64,000 nucleotides of DNA, from contig JAZPZG010000081.1 in assembly GCA_045544575.1 (NCBI GenBank), positions 578-64,577 of the forward strand. The letters are read 5' to 3'. This DNA comes from Clostridia bacterium (GTDB taxonomy: Bacteria; Bacillota; Clostridia; UBA1212). Positions 48,982-58,893 of the stretch are shown one piece after another. Both the position numbers and the translations under genes were made by a program. The notes below the pieces were generated by a model. It saw nothing but the letters and a program-made list of their open reading frames with translations, did no database searches and was not told where the DNA came from. The number at the start of each line of letters is the position of its first letter. Position 1 is the stretch's first letter.

Positions 48982-50716
48982 ATTCTTGGTCAAATGTCAA
49001 AAATGCTTCTGAATCAAACTCGTTCGCAGTGGGGTTTACCTCTATAATGATCGGAAGAATCATAGGGTTACGCTTTGTTTTTTGATATACGTAATCGTGA
49101 ATTGCTTCGCGTACCACGTTCTTCTTTCCGTTCCAATCGTGTCTGCGTCTGGGTCCTCCGTCATCGTTTTTATTAAAGGCTTCGTAAGCGACTTCGCGGA
49201 TGTTGGAAATCATATCCTCTGATTCTCTCATGTAAACAAAACCTCTGGAAATAACGTCGGGGCCTGAAAGTAACGTGCCTGTAACAGAGGAGGTTGCCAT
49301 GACAACTATAATCAAACCGTCCGTAGCAAGGTGACGTCTGTCTCTTAATACGATATTTCCTACGTCGCCGACACCGAGTCCGTCTACCAGGATGTTTCCT
49401 GCTTCGACCTGTTCCATGCGAATAGGTGTATCTGCATTTTCAAATTCCAGAACGTTTCCGTTACTCATAATAAATATATTTTCGGAAGCCATTCCAAGCT
49501 TTTTTGCAATATCGCCGTGCTTTATGAGATGTCGGTGTTCACCGTGAACGGGCATGAAATAACGAGGTCTTACTATTGAATGTATAAGCTTTAATTCTTC
49601 TTCGCATGCATGGCCCGAAACGTGTACGTCAACCAATGCTTTATAAATAACGTTTGCTCCGCGCTTAAAAAGCTCGTCTGTCATCTTGGCAATGGATTTC
49701 TCATTTCCGGGAATCGGACTTGCGGAAATGATGATGGTATCGTTGGGGGTAATATCTACTTGATTATGTGCGGCGCTTGCCATTCTTGTAAGCGCTGACA
49801 TAGGTTCGCCCTGGCTTCCCGTAGTGATGATAACGACGTCCTCGGGAGGGTAGTCGTTTATTTCATCAAGGCTGATAAGCACGTCTTCCGTGTTCGCCAT
49901 ATAGCCGAGTGAGCAGGCAACCTCCAAAATATTAACCATGCTTCTTCCGCAAACCGCACATTTTCTGCCGAATTTTTTCGCAGTGTCTATAATCTGCTGT
50001 ACACGGTGAATATTTGATGAGAAGGTGGCAACTATGATTCTGCCGGTGATTTTTGAGAATAAATCATCGAAGGTAGCACCTACGGTCTTTTCTGACATTG
50101 TAAAGCCTTTTCTCTCTGCGTTCGTACTGTCTGCCATAAGCATGAGCACACCGCGTTCGCCGAGCTCTGCCATACGCATGAGGTCGATGGGGGCATTGTC
50201 AATAGGTGTATAATCCACCTTGAAGTCACCCGTGTGTAAGATAAGACCTGCCGGTGTAGTGATAGCGAGGGCGCTTGCATCCGCTATACTGTGATTGGTT
50301 CTGATAAACTCTACTGCAAAGCTGCCTTTAATAACTATATCTCCGAAGTTTACGACTTCAAGAGAAACCTTATCCGCCATGTTAAATTCCTGAAGCTTAC
50401 GATTCACCAAAGCAATGGTGAATTTTGTCCCGTAAACGGGAACGTTGATATTCTTCAAGAGGTAGGGGAGCGCTCCTATGTGGTCTTCGTGTCCGTGCGT
50501 CAAAAACACGGCACGAACCTTGTCGCTGTTGTTAATCAAATATGTAAAGTCGGGTATAACCGCATCAATTCCGGGCATATCATCCTCAGGGAAAGAAATG
50601 CCGCAGTCAACCAAAATAATATCTTTTTCCGACTCAAATGCCGTAATGTTTTTTCCTATTTCGCCTATTCCGCCTAAAGGAATTACTCTTAATCTTGTAC
50701 TCTTTTTTCCTGCCAT
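48980..50716 (-). CDS. rnj: Ribonuclease J
   Basis: Beta-lactamase motif in LTHGHEDHIG, beta-CASP and RMMBL C-terminal domains. 578 aa. Confidence 0.9.
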   Translation of the reverse strand: MAGKKSTRLRVIPLGGIGEIGKNITAFESEKDIILVDCGISFPEDDMPGIDAVIPDFTYLINNSDKVRAVFLTHGHEDHIGALPYLLKNINVPVYGTKFTIALVNRKLQEFNMADKVSLEVVNFGDIVIKGSFAVEFIRTNHSIADASALAITTPAGLILHTGDFKVDYTPIDNAPIDLMRMAELGERGVLMLMADSTNAERKGFTMSEKTVGATFDDLFSKITGRIIVATFSSNIHRVQQIIDTAKKFGRKCAVCGRSMVNILEVACSLGYMANTEDVLISLDEINDYPPEDVVIITTGSQGEPMSALTRMASAAHNQVDITPNDTIIISASPIPGNEKSIAKMTDELFKRGANVIYKALVDVHVSGHACEEELKLIHSIVRPRYFMPVHGEHRHLIKHGDIAKKLGMASENIFIMSNGNVLEFENADTPIRMEQVEAGNILVDGLGVGDVGNIVLRDRRHLATDGLIIVVMATSSVTGTLLSGPDVISRGFVYMRESEDMISNIREVAYEAFNKNDDGGPRRRHDWNGKKNVVREAIHDYVYQKTKRNPMILPIIIEVNPTANEFDSEAFLTFDQE

Positions 50717-51090
50717 ACCGTACGCTTAGCCTCCTTATAATTTAAAGTACAAAATTTATGTTGCAAGAACTGATCGTATGATAAAAGTTCGCTGCTGTTT
50801 CAATCTGTTAATCTGCAGTGATAAACTGCTCGTCGTAGCATTTCAAGTATACGGTAACGCAAAGAGGATAGAACGCTATTCGTGATGCCGTATGAAAATA
50901 AAATACCCAACTTTATTATATCACACTTTTTTAAATAGTAAACCTTTTTTCTCTAAAAAGAAAAAATACTTTCTTTGTATTACAAAATATAACAAAAATA
51001 AATTTTGTTATTCGGGATTAGTTTTATATAATGTTTGTAACGATGAATCAAGTATGTGTTTATTATATCATTTTACTTTTGAAAAATCAA

Positions 51091-51119
51091 TTGCTAATTT
51101 CATATAAATGGTATATAAT
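51091..51119 (+). promoter_or_regulatory. Candidate sigma-A promoter for argGH (TTGCTA, 17-nt spacer, TATAAT)
   Basis: -35 at 51091-51096 and -10 at 51114-51119, within a 478-nt AT-rich intergenic region. Confidence 0.35.
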
Positions 51120-51194
51120 TACTTTGTTTTTATGAAGAAGTATTTTACGGTCTCATAAAAACAAATGAAACATATTATTACGGAGGGCTTTATC

Positions 51195-52406
51195 ATGGCT
51201 AAGGAAAAAGTTATACTTGCTTATTCAGGCGGTCTTGACACATCTATCATTATCCCCTGGCTGAAAGAAAATTATGATTACGAGGTTATCGCTGTTGCGG
51301 CTGACGTAGGACAGGGAAAAGAGCTTGAGCCTCTTAACGAAAAAGCTATCAAGACAGGTGCGTCTAAGATTTATATTGAAGATCTTAAAGATGAATTTGT
51401 TGAAGATTATATTTTCCCCACTATCCGTGCAGGTGCGGTTTACGAGGGTAAATACCTTCTCGGAACTTCTTTTGCAAGACCTTGCATCGCAAAAAGACTT
51501 GTTGAAATTGCACGCGAAGAGGGCGTTAATACAATTGTTCACGGTTGCACAGGTAAGGGAAATGACCAGGTAAGATTTGAGCTTTCTATTAAGGCTCTTG
51601 CTCCCGATATGAAGATAATTGCTCCTTGGAGAATCTGGGATATCAAGTCCAGAGAAGAGGAGATTGACTATGCTCTTGAAAGAGGTATTGACGTTCCCGT
51701 TACAAAGGAGAATAACTACTCTATGGACAAGAACATCTGGCACCTCAGCCACGAGGGTCAGGATTTGGAGGATCCCTGGAACGAGCCTCAGTATGAGAAG
51801 ATTCTTGAGCTCATGGTTTCTCCCGAGAAAGCTCCCGATAAGGCTACTTACATAGAGATAGAGTTTGAGCAGGGAACTCCCGTTGCTGTTGACGGAAAGA
51901 GAATGAAGCCCGTTGAGCTTCTTACTTACGTAAACAAGCTTGCAGGTGAGAACGGTGTCGGTATTGCAGATATGGTTGAAAATCGCCTTGTAGGTATGAA
52001 ATCAAGAGGCGTATACGAAACTCCCGGCGGAACGGTTCTTTATGCTGCTCACAAGGAGCTTGAATACCTTTGCCTTGACAGAGATACAATGCACTACAAG
52101 GAGCAGGTTGCTTCTAAGTACGCAGAGCTCGTTTATTTCGGACAGTGGTTCACACCTCTTCGCGAGGCACTTGATGCTTTCGTTGACAGCACACAGAAGA
52201 CAGTTACCGGTACTGTTCGTATGAAGCTCTATAAGGGCAATTGCATGCCTGCAGGTGCTAAGTCTCCTTACTCTCTCTATGACGAGGATATTGCTACATT
52301 CTCTGCCGACGAGGTTTATGATCAGAAGGATTCAGAGGGCTTTATAAATCTGTTTGGATTGCCTCTTAAGGTCAATGCAATGATGAAAATGAGGAATAAA
52401 AAATGA
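51195..52406 (+). CDS. argG: Argininosuccinate synthase
   Basis: [11 protein letters not shown]-loop and canonical ArgG sequence throughout. RBS GGAGGG. Confidence 0.9.
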   Translation: MAKEKVILAYSGGLDTSIIIPWLKENYDYEVIAVAADVGQGKELEPLNEKAIKTGASKIYIEDLKDEFVEDYIFPTIRAGAVYEGKYLLGTSFARPCIAKRLVEIAREEGVNTIVHGCTGKGNDQVRFELSIKALAPDMKIIAPWRIWDIKSREEEIDYALERGIDVPVTKENNYSMDKNIWHLSHEGQDLEDPWNEPQYEKILELMVSPEKAPDKATYIEIEFEQGTPVAVDGKRMKPVELLTYVNKLAGENGVGIADMVENRLVGMKSRGVYETPGGTVLYAAHKELEYLCLDRDTMHYKEQVASKYAELVYFGQWFTPLREALDAFVDSTQKTVTGTVRMKLYKGNCMPAGAKSPYSLYDEDIATFSADEVYDQKDSEGFINLFGLPLKVNAMMKMRNKK

Positions 52407-53851
52407 GTAAATTATGGGGCGGACGCTTCACCTGCGGAACCGACAAGGGGGTAGACGATTTTAACTCGTCTATCCGCTTCGACCAAAGGCTTTACCGTCA
52501 TGATATTATGGGCAGTGTGGCACATGCCGAAATGCTTGGCAGGCAGGGTATCATAGAAAAAAAGGATGCCGATGCAATTTGCAGCTGCCTTAAAGAAATA
52601 CTTGCGGATATTGATGCAGGTAAGGTAGAGTTTAGGGTAGATGCAGAGGATATTCATATGAATGTCGAATCCCTTCTTACGGAAAGAATAGGGGATGCCG
52701 GCAAAAGATTGCACACGGGACGTTCCAGAAACGACCAGGTTGCTCTCGACATAAGAATGTATCTTAAAGATGAGATTTCTGAAATAATGACGGAGCTTAA
52801 GAGGCTTCTTTCCGTTATTTCGGATACTGCTTCCCAAAACCTCGAAACCATATTACCCGGATATACGCATTTGCAAAGAGCACAGCCCATTACGCTTGCT
52901 CACCATATGATGGCGTATTTTCAAATGTTCAAAAGAGATATCGAAAGACTTTCCGATTGCTACGGAAGGACAAACGTTATGCCTTTGGGTTCAGGTGCTC
53001 TTGCAGGTACTACGTATCCTTTGGACAGAGAATATGTGGCAAAGAGACTTGGCTTTGCCGGTGTTACCCAAAACAGCCTTGACGGCGTGAGCGACAGAGA
53101 TTTTGCAGCGGAGTTTCTTTTCTGTGCATCTATGATAATGATGCATTTGAGCAGATTTTGTGAGGAACTTGTGCTTTGGTCAAGCCTTGAGTTTGCTTTT
53201 GCAGAAATGGACGATGCTTTTTCTACGGGTTCATCCATAATGCCTCAAAAGAAAAATCCTGACGTGGCAGAGCTCGTAAGAGGAAAAACAGGCCGCGTTT
53301 ACGGTGATTTGACCGGCTTGCTTACTGTTATGAAGGGCTTGCCTCTTGCTTATAATAAGGATATGCAGGAGGACAAGGAGTCTGTTTTTGATGCAATAGA
53401 CACTCTTAAAATGTGTATGCCCGTGTTTACGGACATGCTTGCAAGCTGTACGTTCAAAAAGGAAAACATGTATAAGGCGGCTACAAGGGGCTTTACAAAC
53501 GCTACCGACTTTGCCGATTATCTGGTAAAGCACGGAGTTCCCTTCAGACAGGCACATGAGATTACGGGACGTTTGGTGCTTGAGTGTCTTAATCGCGGTG
53601 TAGCCATTGAAGAGCTTTCAATAGGCGAGCTTCGTGACGTTTGCAGACCTTGCATGACAAAAGACCAGTCTGCTGAGGCACTTATCGGGGAAGACGTATA
53701 TGCGGAGATTTCTCTTATGAAATGTGTTTCGGGTAGAACGCTTATAGGCGGCCCTGCACCGGAAACCGTGCTTGCTTCCGTTTCTGCGGAAAAGAAGGCT
53801 CTTGATGCTGTTAATGTGCCCGAAAAGCTTACCGACACATTTGTTTTTTAA
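52403..53851 (+). CDS. argH: Argininosuccinate lyase
   Basis: [12 protein letters not shown] fumarate-lyase signature. ATGA overlap with argG. Confidence 0.9.
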   Translation: MSKLWGGRFTCGTDKGVDDFNSSIRFDQRLYRHDIMGSVAHAEMLGRQGIIEKKDADAICSCLKEILADIDAGKVEFRVDAEDIHMNVESLLTERIGDAGKRLHTGRSRNDQVALDIRMYLKDEISEIMTELKRLLSVISDTASQNLETILPGYTHLQRAQPITLAHHMMAYFQMFKRDIERLSDCYGRTNVMPLGSGALAGTTYPLDREYVAKRLGFAGVTQNSLDGVSDRDFAAEFLFCASMIMMHLSRFCEELVLWSSLEFAFAEMDDAFSTGSSIMPQKKNPDVAELVRGKTGRVYGDLTGLLTVMKGLPLAYNKDMQEDKESVFDAIDTLKMCMPVFTDMLASCTFKKENMYKAATRGFTNATDFADYLVKHGVPFRQAHEITGRLVLECLNRGVAIEELSIGELRDVCRPCMTKDQSAEALIGEDVYAEISLMKCVSGRTLIGGPAPETVLASVSAEKKALDAVNVPEKLTDTFVF

Positions 53852-53868
53852 TTGTTAAACTTGAACTG

Positions 53869-53910
53869 CAGGGCACGATTGTTATAAAATGGTCGTGCCT
53901 TGTTTTTATT
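53869..53910 (+). terminator. Rho-independent terminator of argH
   Basis: GGCACGAT...GTCGTGCC stem followed by TTGTTTTTATT. Confidence 0.6.
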
Positions 53911-53933
53911 GATTTTTAAAAGCGGGAGAAAAT

Positions 53934-54719
53934 ATGTCAGATGATATTATTATAAAACCAAATAATGAGGATGATTACGAAAAGGCTCGTGTAAAAGGCG
54001 AAAAAGCGGCTATGAAGCGTATGCTCAGTCTTACAAGAAAGGCTGTTCAGGACTATGATTTGATTTCCGACGGCGACAGAGTTTGCGTAGGGATTTCAGG
54101 TGGCAAGGACAGTATGGCTTTGCTTACGGTTTTGGCAGGTCTCAGAAGGTTTTATCCAAAAAAGTTTGAGCTTTGTGCTCTGTCTGTTTCAACAGGCTTT
54201 GAAGGCATGGACTTTACTCCCGTGGCAGAATACTGCAAAAAGCTTGACGTTGAATATAAAGTTATTGAAACTCAAATAAAAGAAATTGTTTTTGACATAA
54301 GAAACGAGAAAAATCCTTGCGCTTTATGTGCTAATCTGAGAAGAGGAGCGCTTAACGACAACGCAAGGCAAATGGGGTGCAACGTCGTGGCACTCGGACA
54401 CCACAGAGATGACGTGATTGAAACGGCTTTCCTAAGCTTGTCCTACGAGGGCAGATTTTATTGCTTCTCGCCTAAGACGTATCTTGAGAGAAGTCAGGTT
54501 ACGGTAATAAGACCGTTTTTGTTTGTTGATGAATACGAGGTTAAAAATTTAGCTAAGTTTGCGGAGTTCCCGATTGTTACAAACCCTTGTCCCATGGACA
54601 GAACAAGTAAGCGCGCAGAGGTAAAGGAGCTTCTGTCAGAGCTTACAAAACGCAATCCTGATTTTAAAATGAATATCTTCGGAGCCGTAAAGCGCGGAAT
54701 ATGGGAGAATGAAGAGTAG
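53934..54719 (+). CDS. PP-loop ATPase, TtcA-like tRNA 2-thiocytidine biosynthesis protein
   Basis: SGGKDS PP-loop and Cys motifs CALCANLRRG and CPMD. 261 aa, too short to be TilS. Confidence 0.65.
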   Translation: MSDDIIIKPNNEDDYEKARVKGEKAAMKRMLSLTRKAVQDYDLISDGDRVCVGISGGKDSMALLTVLAGLRRFYPKKFELCALSVSTGFEGMDFTPVAEYCKKLDVEYKVIETQIKEIVFDIRNEKNPCALCANLRRGALNDNARQMGCNVVALGHHRDDVIETAFLSLSYEGRFYCFSPKTYLERSQVTVIRPFLFVDEYEVKNLAKFAEFPIVTNPCPMDRTSKRAEVKELLSELTKRNPDFKMNIFGAVKRGIWENEE

Positions 54720-54813
54720 ACGTATATGCATGGTGTCGGGAAATCGGCACTTCGTGATATTCTTTGGCGAGTATGCGGCTGATGTGCGGGGAAGCTGTTA
54801 TAAGAGGTAAATA

Positions 54814-56604
54814 ATGACTAAAATTAACGGAAACATTGAATCGGTAAAAAATTCGATTCTCACAAAATTAGAAGAATATTTGGACAATGTATATTCACCC
54901 GGGGAGTTTTTGCCTCAGGAGATATCCGATATGCTTTTGTGGGCAACGTGCGAGACAAAAAGAGAGGTTGCTGTTTATCTTGACAGAAAAAACAGAGTGC
55001 TTGCAATAAGTATAGGAGATTCTAAAAGCGTTGAACTGCCTGAGCTAACAAGAGAGAGGAGAGGAGATAAACGATTGTCCGGTGTGCGCCTTTGGCACAC
55101 GCATCCGGCAGGCTCGTCTCTTCCGTCTGACGTAGATATTAACTCCTTAAAGACAATGCGTCTTGATTCTATGGGCGTTGTTGCGGTGGATATGGAAAAG
55201 GAGCGATTGCTCGGGTTATCTGCATCAATTTTACGGCGCGAAGAGAAAACCGGTGAGTTTACTTCTCATGAAGTGGTAGGCCCGTATAAGCCGTTGTTTG
55301 CGGCAAGGTTTAATTATCTTTTCGATGAGTTGGTGCTGATTGATTCACAAGCTGCAAATTTCAGCGTGGAAACTCTTGATAAGGGTATTGAGCGCGCGAT
55401 TATTGCAGGTGTTATTTTAAATGGAGAAAAGTACGGAGACGAACCGCTCGCGGAGCTTGCTGAACTTACGAAAACAGCAGGGGCTGCGGTTGTGGGGAAA
55501 TTTGTACAAAAAAGAGATGCACCCGATTCAAAGTACTATATCGGAAGGGGACTTGCCGAAGAAATTGCACTTCAAAGGCAGGCATTGGGGGCAGAGCTCG
55601 TTGTCTTTGATGATGAACTCAGCGCTTCTTGCATAAGAAATTTAGAGGATGTTATCGGGGCAAGAGTCATTGACCGAACGACACTTATTCTTGATATTTT
55701 CGCACAACGTGCCAAGTCGCGTGAAGGCAGACTTCAGGTAGAGCTTGCACAGCAAAAATACAGACTTCCGAGACTTATGGGACAAGGAACGTCACTGTCA
55801 CGATTGGGTGGCGGTATAGGAACGAGAGGTCCCGGCGAAACGAAACTTCAAAGCGACAGAAGGCATATCAGGCGAAGAATAAATTATCTTGAAGAACAGC
55901 TGAAAGAGGTTTCCGAGAGAAGAGGCGTAATGCGTAAAGAACGCACTAAAAAGGGACTTCCCGTAATTGCCGTGGTAGGATATACGAATGCGGGAAAATC
56001 AACCCTTGTAAATGCGCTTTGCGATGCGGATGTGTTTGCAATGGATATGCTGTTTGCAACACTTGATCCTTCCGTAAGAAAATTGGTAACTCCCGAAAAG
56101 CAGGACTTTCTTTTGGTTGATACGGTAGGTTTTATTAAAAAACTTCCTCATGATCTCGTAGAGGCTTTTAAATCTACACTGGAGGAGGTTGTCTATGCGG
56201 ATTTGCTTCTTCACGTTGTAGACGGAAGCAGTCCTGAGGCTGACTCTCAGATTGCCGTTGTAGAGGGTATCATAAAGGAGCTTGGGGCAGAGGGCAGACC
56301 CCAATACCTCGTGGTCAATAAAATCGACCTTGCCGAAAATGAAACCTACGTTACAAGAAAATATCCCAGGACCTACTACACCTCCGCAAAAACAGGTGAA
56401 GGCCTTGAGAGCCTGCGTAATGCCATCACGGAGTTCTTTACACGTGTGGAAAAGAAATTTGAATTGATAATTCCGTATTCGGACGGTAAGAAGCTTTCTT
56501 ATCTCCATGATAACGGAACGATCCTTGAAGAGGAATACCGTGCGGAGGGTGTTTTTGTAAAGGGCAGAATTCCGCATGAGCTGTGGATTTTCGGAGATAA
56601 TTAA
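54814..56604 (+). CDS. hflX: GTPase HflX with N-terminal RadC-like JAB/MPN domain fusion
   Basis: aa 95-108 HTHPAGSSLPSDVD matches the JAMM motif HxHx7Sx2D exactly; nt about 55096-55137. From about aa 190: HflX N-domain (ERAIIAGV...ELAELTKTAGAAVVG), G-domain G1 GYTNAGKST, G3 DTVGF, and G4 NKID. Confidence 0.8.
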   Translation: MTKINGNIESVKNSILTKLEEYLDNVYSPGEFLPQEISDMLLWATCETKREVAVYLDRKNRVLAISIGDSKSVELPELTRERRGDKRLSGVRLWHTHPAGSSLPSDVDINSLKTMRLDSMGVVAVDMEKERLLGLSASILRREEKTGEFTSHEVVGPYKPLFAARFNYLFDELVLIDSQAANFSVETLDKGIERAIIAGVILNGEKYGDEPLAELAELTKTAGAAVVGKFVQKRDAPDSKYYIGRGLAEEIALQRQALGAELVVFDDELSASCIRNLEDVIGARVIDRTTLILDIFAQRAKSREGRLQVELAQQKYRLPRLMGQGTSLSRLGGGIGTRGPGETKLQSDRRHIRRRINYLEEQLKEVSERRGVMRKERTKKGLPVIAVVGYTNAGKSTLVNALCDADVFAMDMLFATLDPSVRKLVTPEKQDFLLVDTVGFIKKLPHDLVEAFKSTLEEVVYADLLLHVVDGSSPEADSQIAVVEGIIKELGAEGRPQYLVVNKIDLAENETYVTRKYPRTYYTSAKTGEGLESLRNAITEFFTRVEKKFELIIPYSDGKKLSYLHDNGTILEEEYRAEGVFVKGRIPHELWIFGDN

Positions 56605-56621
56605 TAGATTTTAGCCGATGC

Positions 56622-56668
56622 GGCGCCGAAAAGCTTTAGGAGAGCTTTTTTCGGCGCTCTTTTGCTTT
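56622..56668. terminator. Bidirectional terminator between hflX and spoIIID
   Basis: GCGCCGAAAAGCT...AGCTTTTTTCGGCGC stem, overlapping the 3' end of spoIIID. Confidence 0.6.
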
Positions 56669-56899
56669 AGCTTTTGTTGCCATGCCGCCTCTTATATGTC
56701 TTTCCGCTTTGTTTTCGGCAAGAATTTTTTCCACGCTTTCGAAAAGGGAAAGAGAAAGCTCGGGAAGCCTTTGCGTCATATCCTTGTGAACAGTTGATTT
56801 GCTGGTTGAAAATACCTTTGCGGCGGCTCTGACTGTACAGCCGGTCCGTGCTATGTATTGCGCTTCTGCAATAACGCGCTCCTCTATATAATTTCTCAC
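56636..56899 (-). CDS. spoIIID: Sporulation transcriptional regulator SpoIIID
   Basis: IVRNYIEERVIAEAQYIARTGCTVRAAAKVFSTSKSTVHKDMTQRLPELS matches the SpoIIID HTH (…KSTVHKD…RLP…). GTG start with AAGGAG 7 nt upstream gives 87 aa, so the 126-aa ORF in the track is over-extended. Confidence 0.8.
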   Translation of the reverse strand: MRNYIEERVIAEAQYIARTGCTVRAAAKVFSTSKSTVHKDMTQRLPELSLSLFESVEKILAENKAERHIRGGMATKAKAKERRKKLS

Positions 56900-57051
56900 A
56901 ATGCCGCTCCTTGATTGTCTGCTACGGTAAAGTCTATGCATGAAAAAAACAAAGTATGCATTATAATGAAATGATTTATTTTGTCGGTCGATTAACAAAG
57001 CATTTTGTTTCCGCATACATTATTACGAAGAGCATTTTATAAGGATTTTTT

Positions 57052-57870
57052 GTGAAGATTTATCTTGATATAGGTCACGGCGGACAGGACAGCGGCGCTG
57101 TAGACGGTAAGTATATTGAAAAGAATCTGAATTTGCGTTTCGGACTTATGGTACGTGACAAATTCAAAGCTTTGGGACAGAGTGTGCTGTGCAGCAGAGA
57201 AAACGACGTTAATAATTTCGGCACAACCGCTGATGATGCAATTATAGGCAGTGCCCGAAAAGCTAATGAGTGGGGAGCGGAGCTTTTTTTAAGCCTTCAT
57301 TTTAATTCCTCGGATAACAGGGATGCCTCCGGTGCACAGTTTATTTACAGCGTTTCGGATACGGAAGGCAAAGCATTGTGCGAGGCAATTTCAAAGGCTT
57401 ATAGAGAAGCAGGGCAGTCTACAAATGCGATATACACACGCGTTGGCAGTAACGGCCTTGATTATTATGGGGTAATACGCCTTACCGACATGCAGGCGAT
57501 TATCATAGAAAGCGCTTTTATTACCAATGAAACCGATATACGGAAATTCGAAAATGATGATTTTTGCAGAGGGGTTGCAGATGCACTTTGCACAGCGGTT
57601 TATGAGTTTTTCAAACTTAATAATCAAGAAGAGGGTGAGATTGTGTATTACCGTGTGAGAAAGACGTGGGCTGATGTGTCAAGTCAGCTCGGAGCATACA
57701 CGGAGTTTGAAAATGCCAAGAGAAAGGCTGACGATAATCCGGGGTATTCGGTTTTTAATGAAAAGGGAGAGAAAATTTATCCTAACGATAATATATACGA
57801 TGCGCTTCAAAAAGAAAATGAAGCTCTGAAGGCTAAAATCGATTCTGCAATAAAGATTTTGCAGAGCTAA
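57052..57870 (+). CDS. N-acetylmuramoyl-L-alanine amidase (Amidase_3 family) with C-terminal coiled-coil extension
   Basis: IYLDIGHGGQDSGAV...LFLSLHFNSS...IIIESAFITNE are the Amidase_3 Zn-ligand motifs. GTG start. Confidence 0.75.
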   Translation: MKIYLDIGHGGQDSGAVDGKYIEKNLNLRFGLMVRDKFKALGQSVLCSRENDVNNFGTTADDAIIGSARKANEWGAELFLSLHFNSSDNRDASGAQFIYSVSDTEGKALCEAISKAYREAGQSTNAIYTRVGSNGLDYYGVIRLTDMQAIIIESAFITNETDIRKFENDDFCRGVADALCTAVYEFFKLNNQEEGEIVYYRVRKTWADVSSQLGAYTEFENAKRKADDNPGYSVFNEKGEKIYPNDNIYDALQKENEALKAKIDSAIKILQS

Positions 57871-57902
57871 GAAGAGACTTTTGCACATATTTGTACGTGA
57901 TA

Positions 57903-57948
57903 AAAGCGAGGTGATTTTTGAATATGCACCTCGCCTTTGAATTTTGGA
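57903..57948. terminator. Bidirectional rho-independent terminator
   Basis: GCGAGGTG...CACCTCGC 8-bp stem followed by CTTTGAATTTT, between convergent genes. Confidence 0.6.
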
Positions 57949-57978
57949 AATATTTAAAGCCTTTAATAATTACAAATT

Positions 57979-58878
57979 TTAATTAGTTTTCTTTTTTGTA
58001 AAAAGAATAACGGCAACTAAAAGTATGGCAGAGAGACTTCCCGTTACGGCACTGCCGCAACCTGAGTTTTTGCTTCCGTCTGTTTTTTCAGTGCTGCTAG
58101 GGGCGTCCTTCGTAGGAGAGGGAGAAGCATCTTCTGTGGGGGCTTCCGTAGTGTTTGTCGGAAGCTCAACGGAAGTTCCCGGAGCAAGACGGAGCACCAA
58201 GGGGCAGCCGTTTTCGGCAACTTTTTTAATGCTTATTGAGGTAGCACCGGAATAGCCGGAAGCTGAAATATCAATTTTTCCTTCACTGTCGGTTGTAAAT
58301 TCCTTTTCTGAATTACCGTCACTTAATATAACCGTCATTCCTATGACAGGATTTTCCTTAACGATAGGGGTAAAATCCTCTGCGTAAGTAGTGTCGGAGC
58401 TGATAAAAGAAATGATACCTTCCTTTATATTATCGGTGTTAATTACAGGGAACTGCATTCCGATTCCGAAGGGGTCACCGTAGTAAAACAATACTTCATC
58501 GCCGTTGTTTAACGTACAGCCGCTCATGCCGGCAACAGGGCTTGTTTCGTTTATCATAAACAGCCAACCGTCCCAACCGCCGAAGCAACCTGCGGCATCA
58601 CCGTTAATGTCGGTTATGTAGTCGTCTGTAGCTCCCGTAACGGTTACGTCATCGTTAGCCTCGTCAAAAGCAACGATGGCTTCTTGGAGGGTGAGCGTTC
58701 CGTCCTCTGTGGGGAGGGTAACATTGTCACAAAAAATTGTCTCGTTTATTCCTTCAATTCTCAGTGAGAACGTAACCGTATCATTACTTTCTGCAGACAC
58801 GGGGAGAGTAAAAAAGGTGCAAAAAGTGCACAAAAACAAAACCGCAGCTGCGGCTTTGCCTAAAATAGTTTTTTTCAT
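57979..58878 (-). CDS. Secreted DUF4430-like protein with TEAP/Ser-rich stalk and C-terminal GCGS/TM/KKK anchor signal
   Basis: Signal peptide MKKTILGKAAAAVLFLCTFCTFFTLPVSA. DUF4430-like core (GGWDGWLFMINE...GDEVLFYYG). C-terminus ...GSKNSGCGSAVTGSLSAILLVAVILFTKKKTN. Confidence 0.6.
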   Translation of the reverse strand: MKKTILGKAAAAVLFLCTFCTFFTLPVSAESNDTVTFSLRIEGINETIFCDNVTLPTEDGTLTLQEAIVAFDEANDDVTVTGATDDYITDINGDAAGCFGGWDGWLFMINETSPVAGMSGCTLNNGDEVLFYYGDPFGIGMQFPVINTDNIKEGIISFISSDTTYAEDFTPIVKENPVIGMTVILSDGNSEKEFTTDSEGKIDISASGYSGATSISIKKVAENGCPLVLRLAPGTSVELPTNTTEAPTEDASPSPTKDAPSSTEKTDGSKNSGCGSAVTGSLSAILLVAVILFTKKKTN

Positions 58879-58893
58879 AAAACATGGTCCTTT

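Noticed and set aside
50717-51194. T-box leader or other known riboswitch upstream of argG
   Set aside because: No T-box consensus (AATTAGGGTGGNACCGCG), specifier loop or antiterminator pattern is visible. The region is simply AT-rich with promoter-like hexamers.
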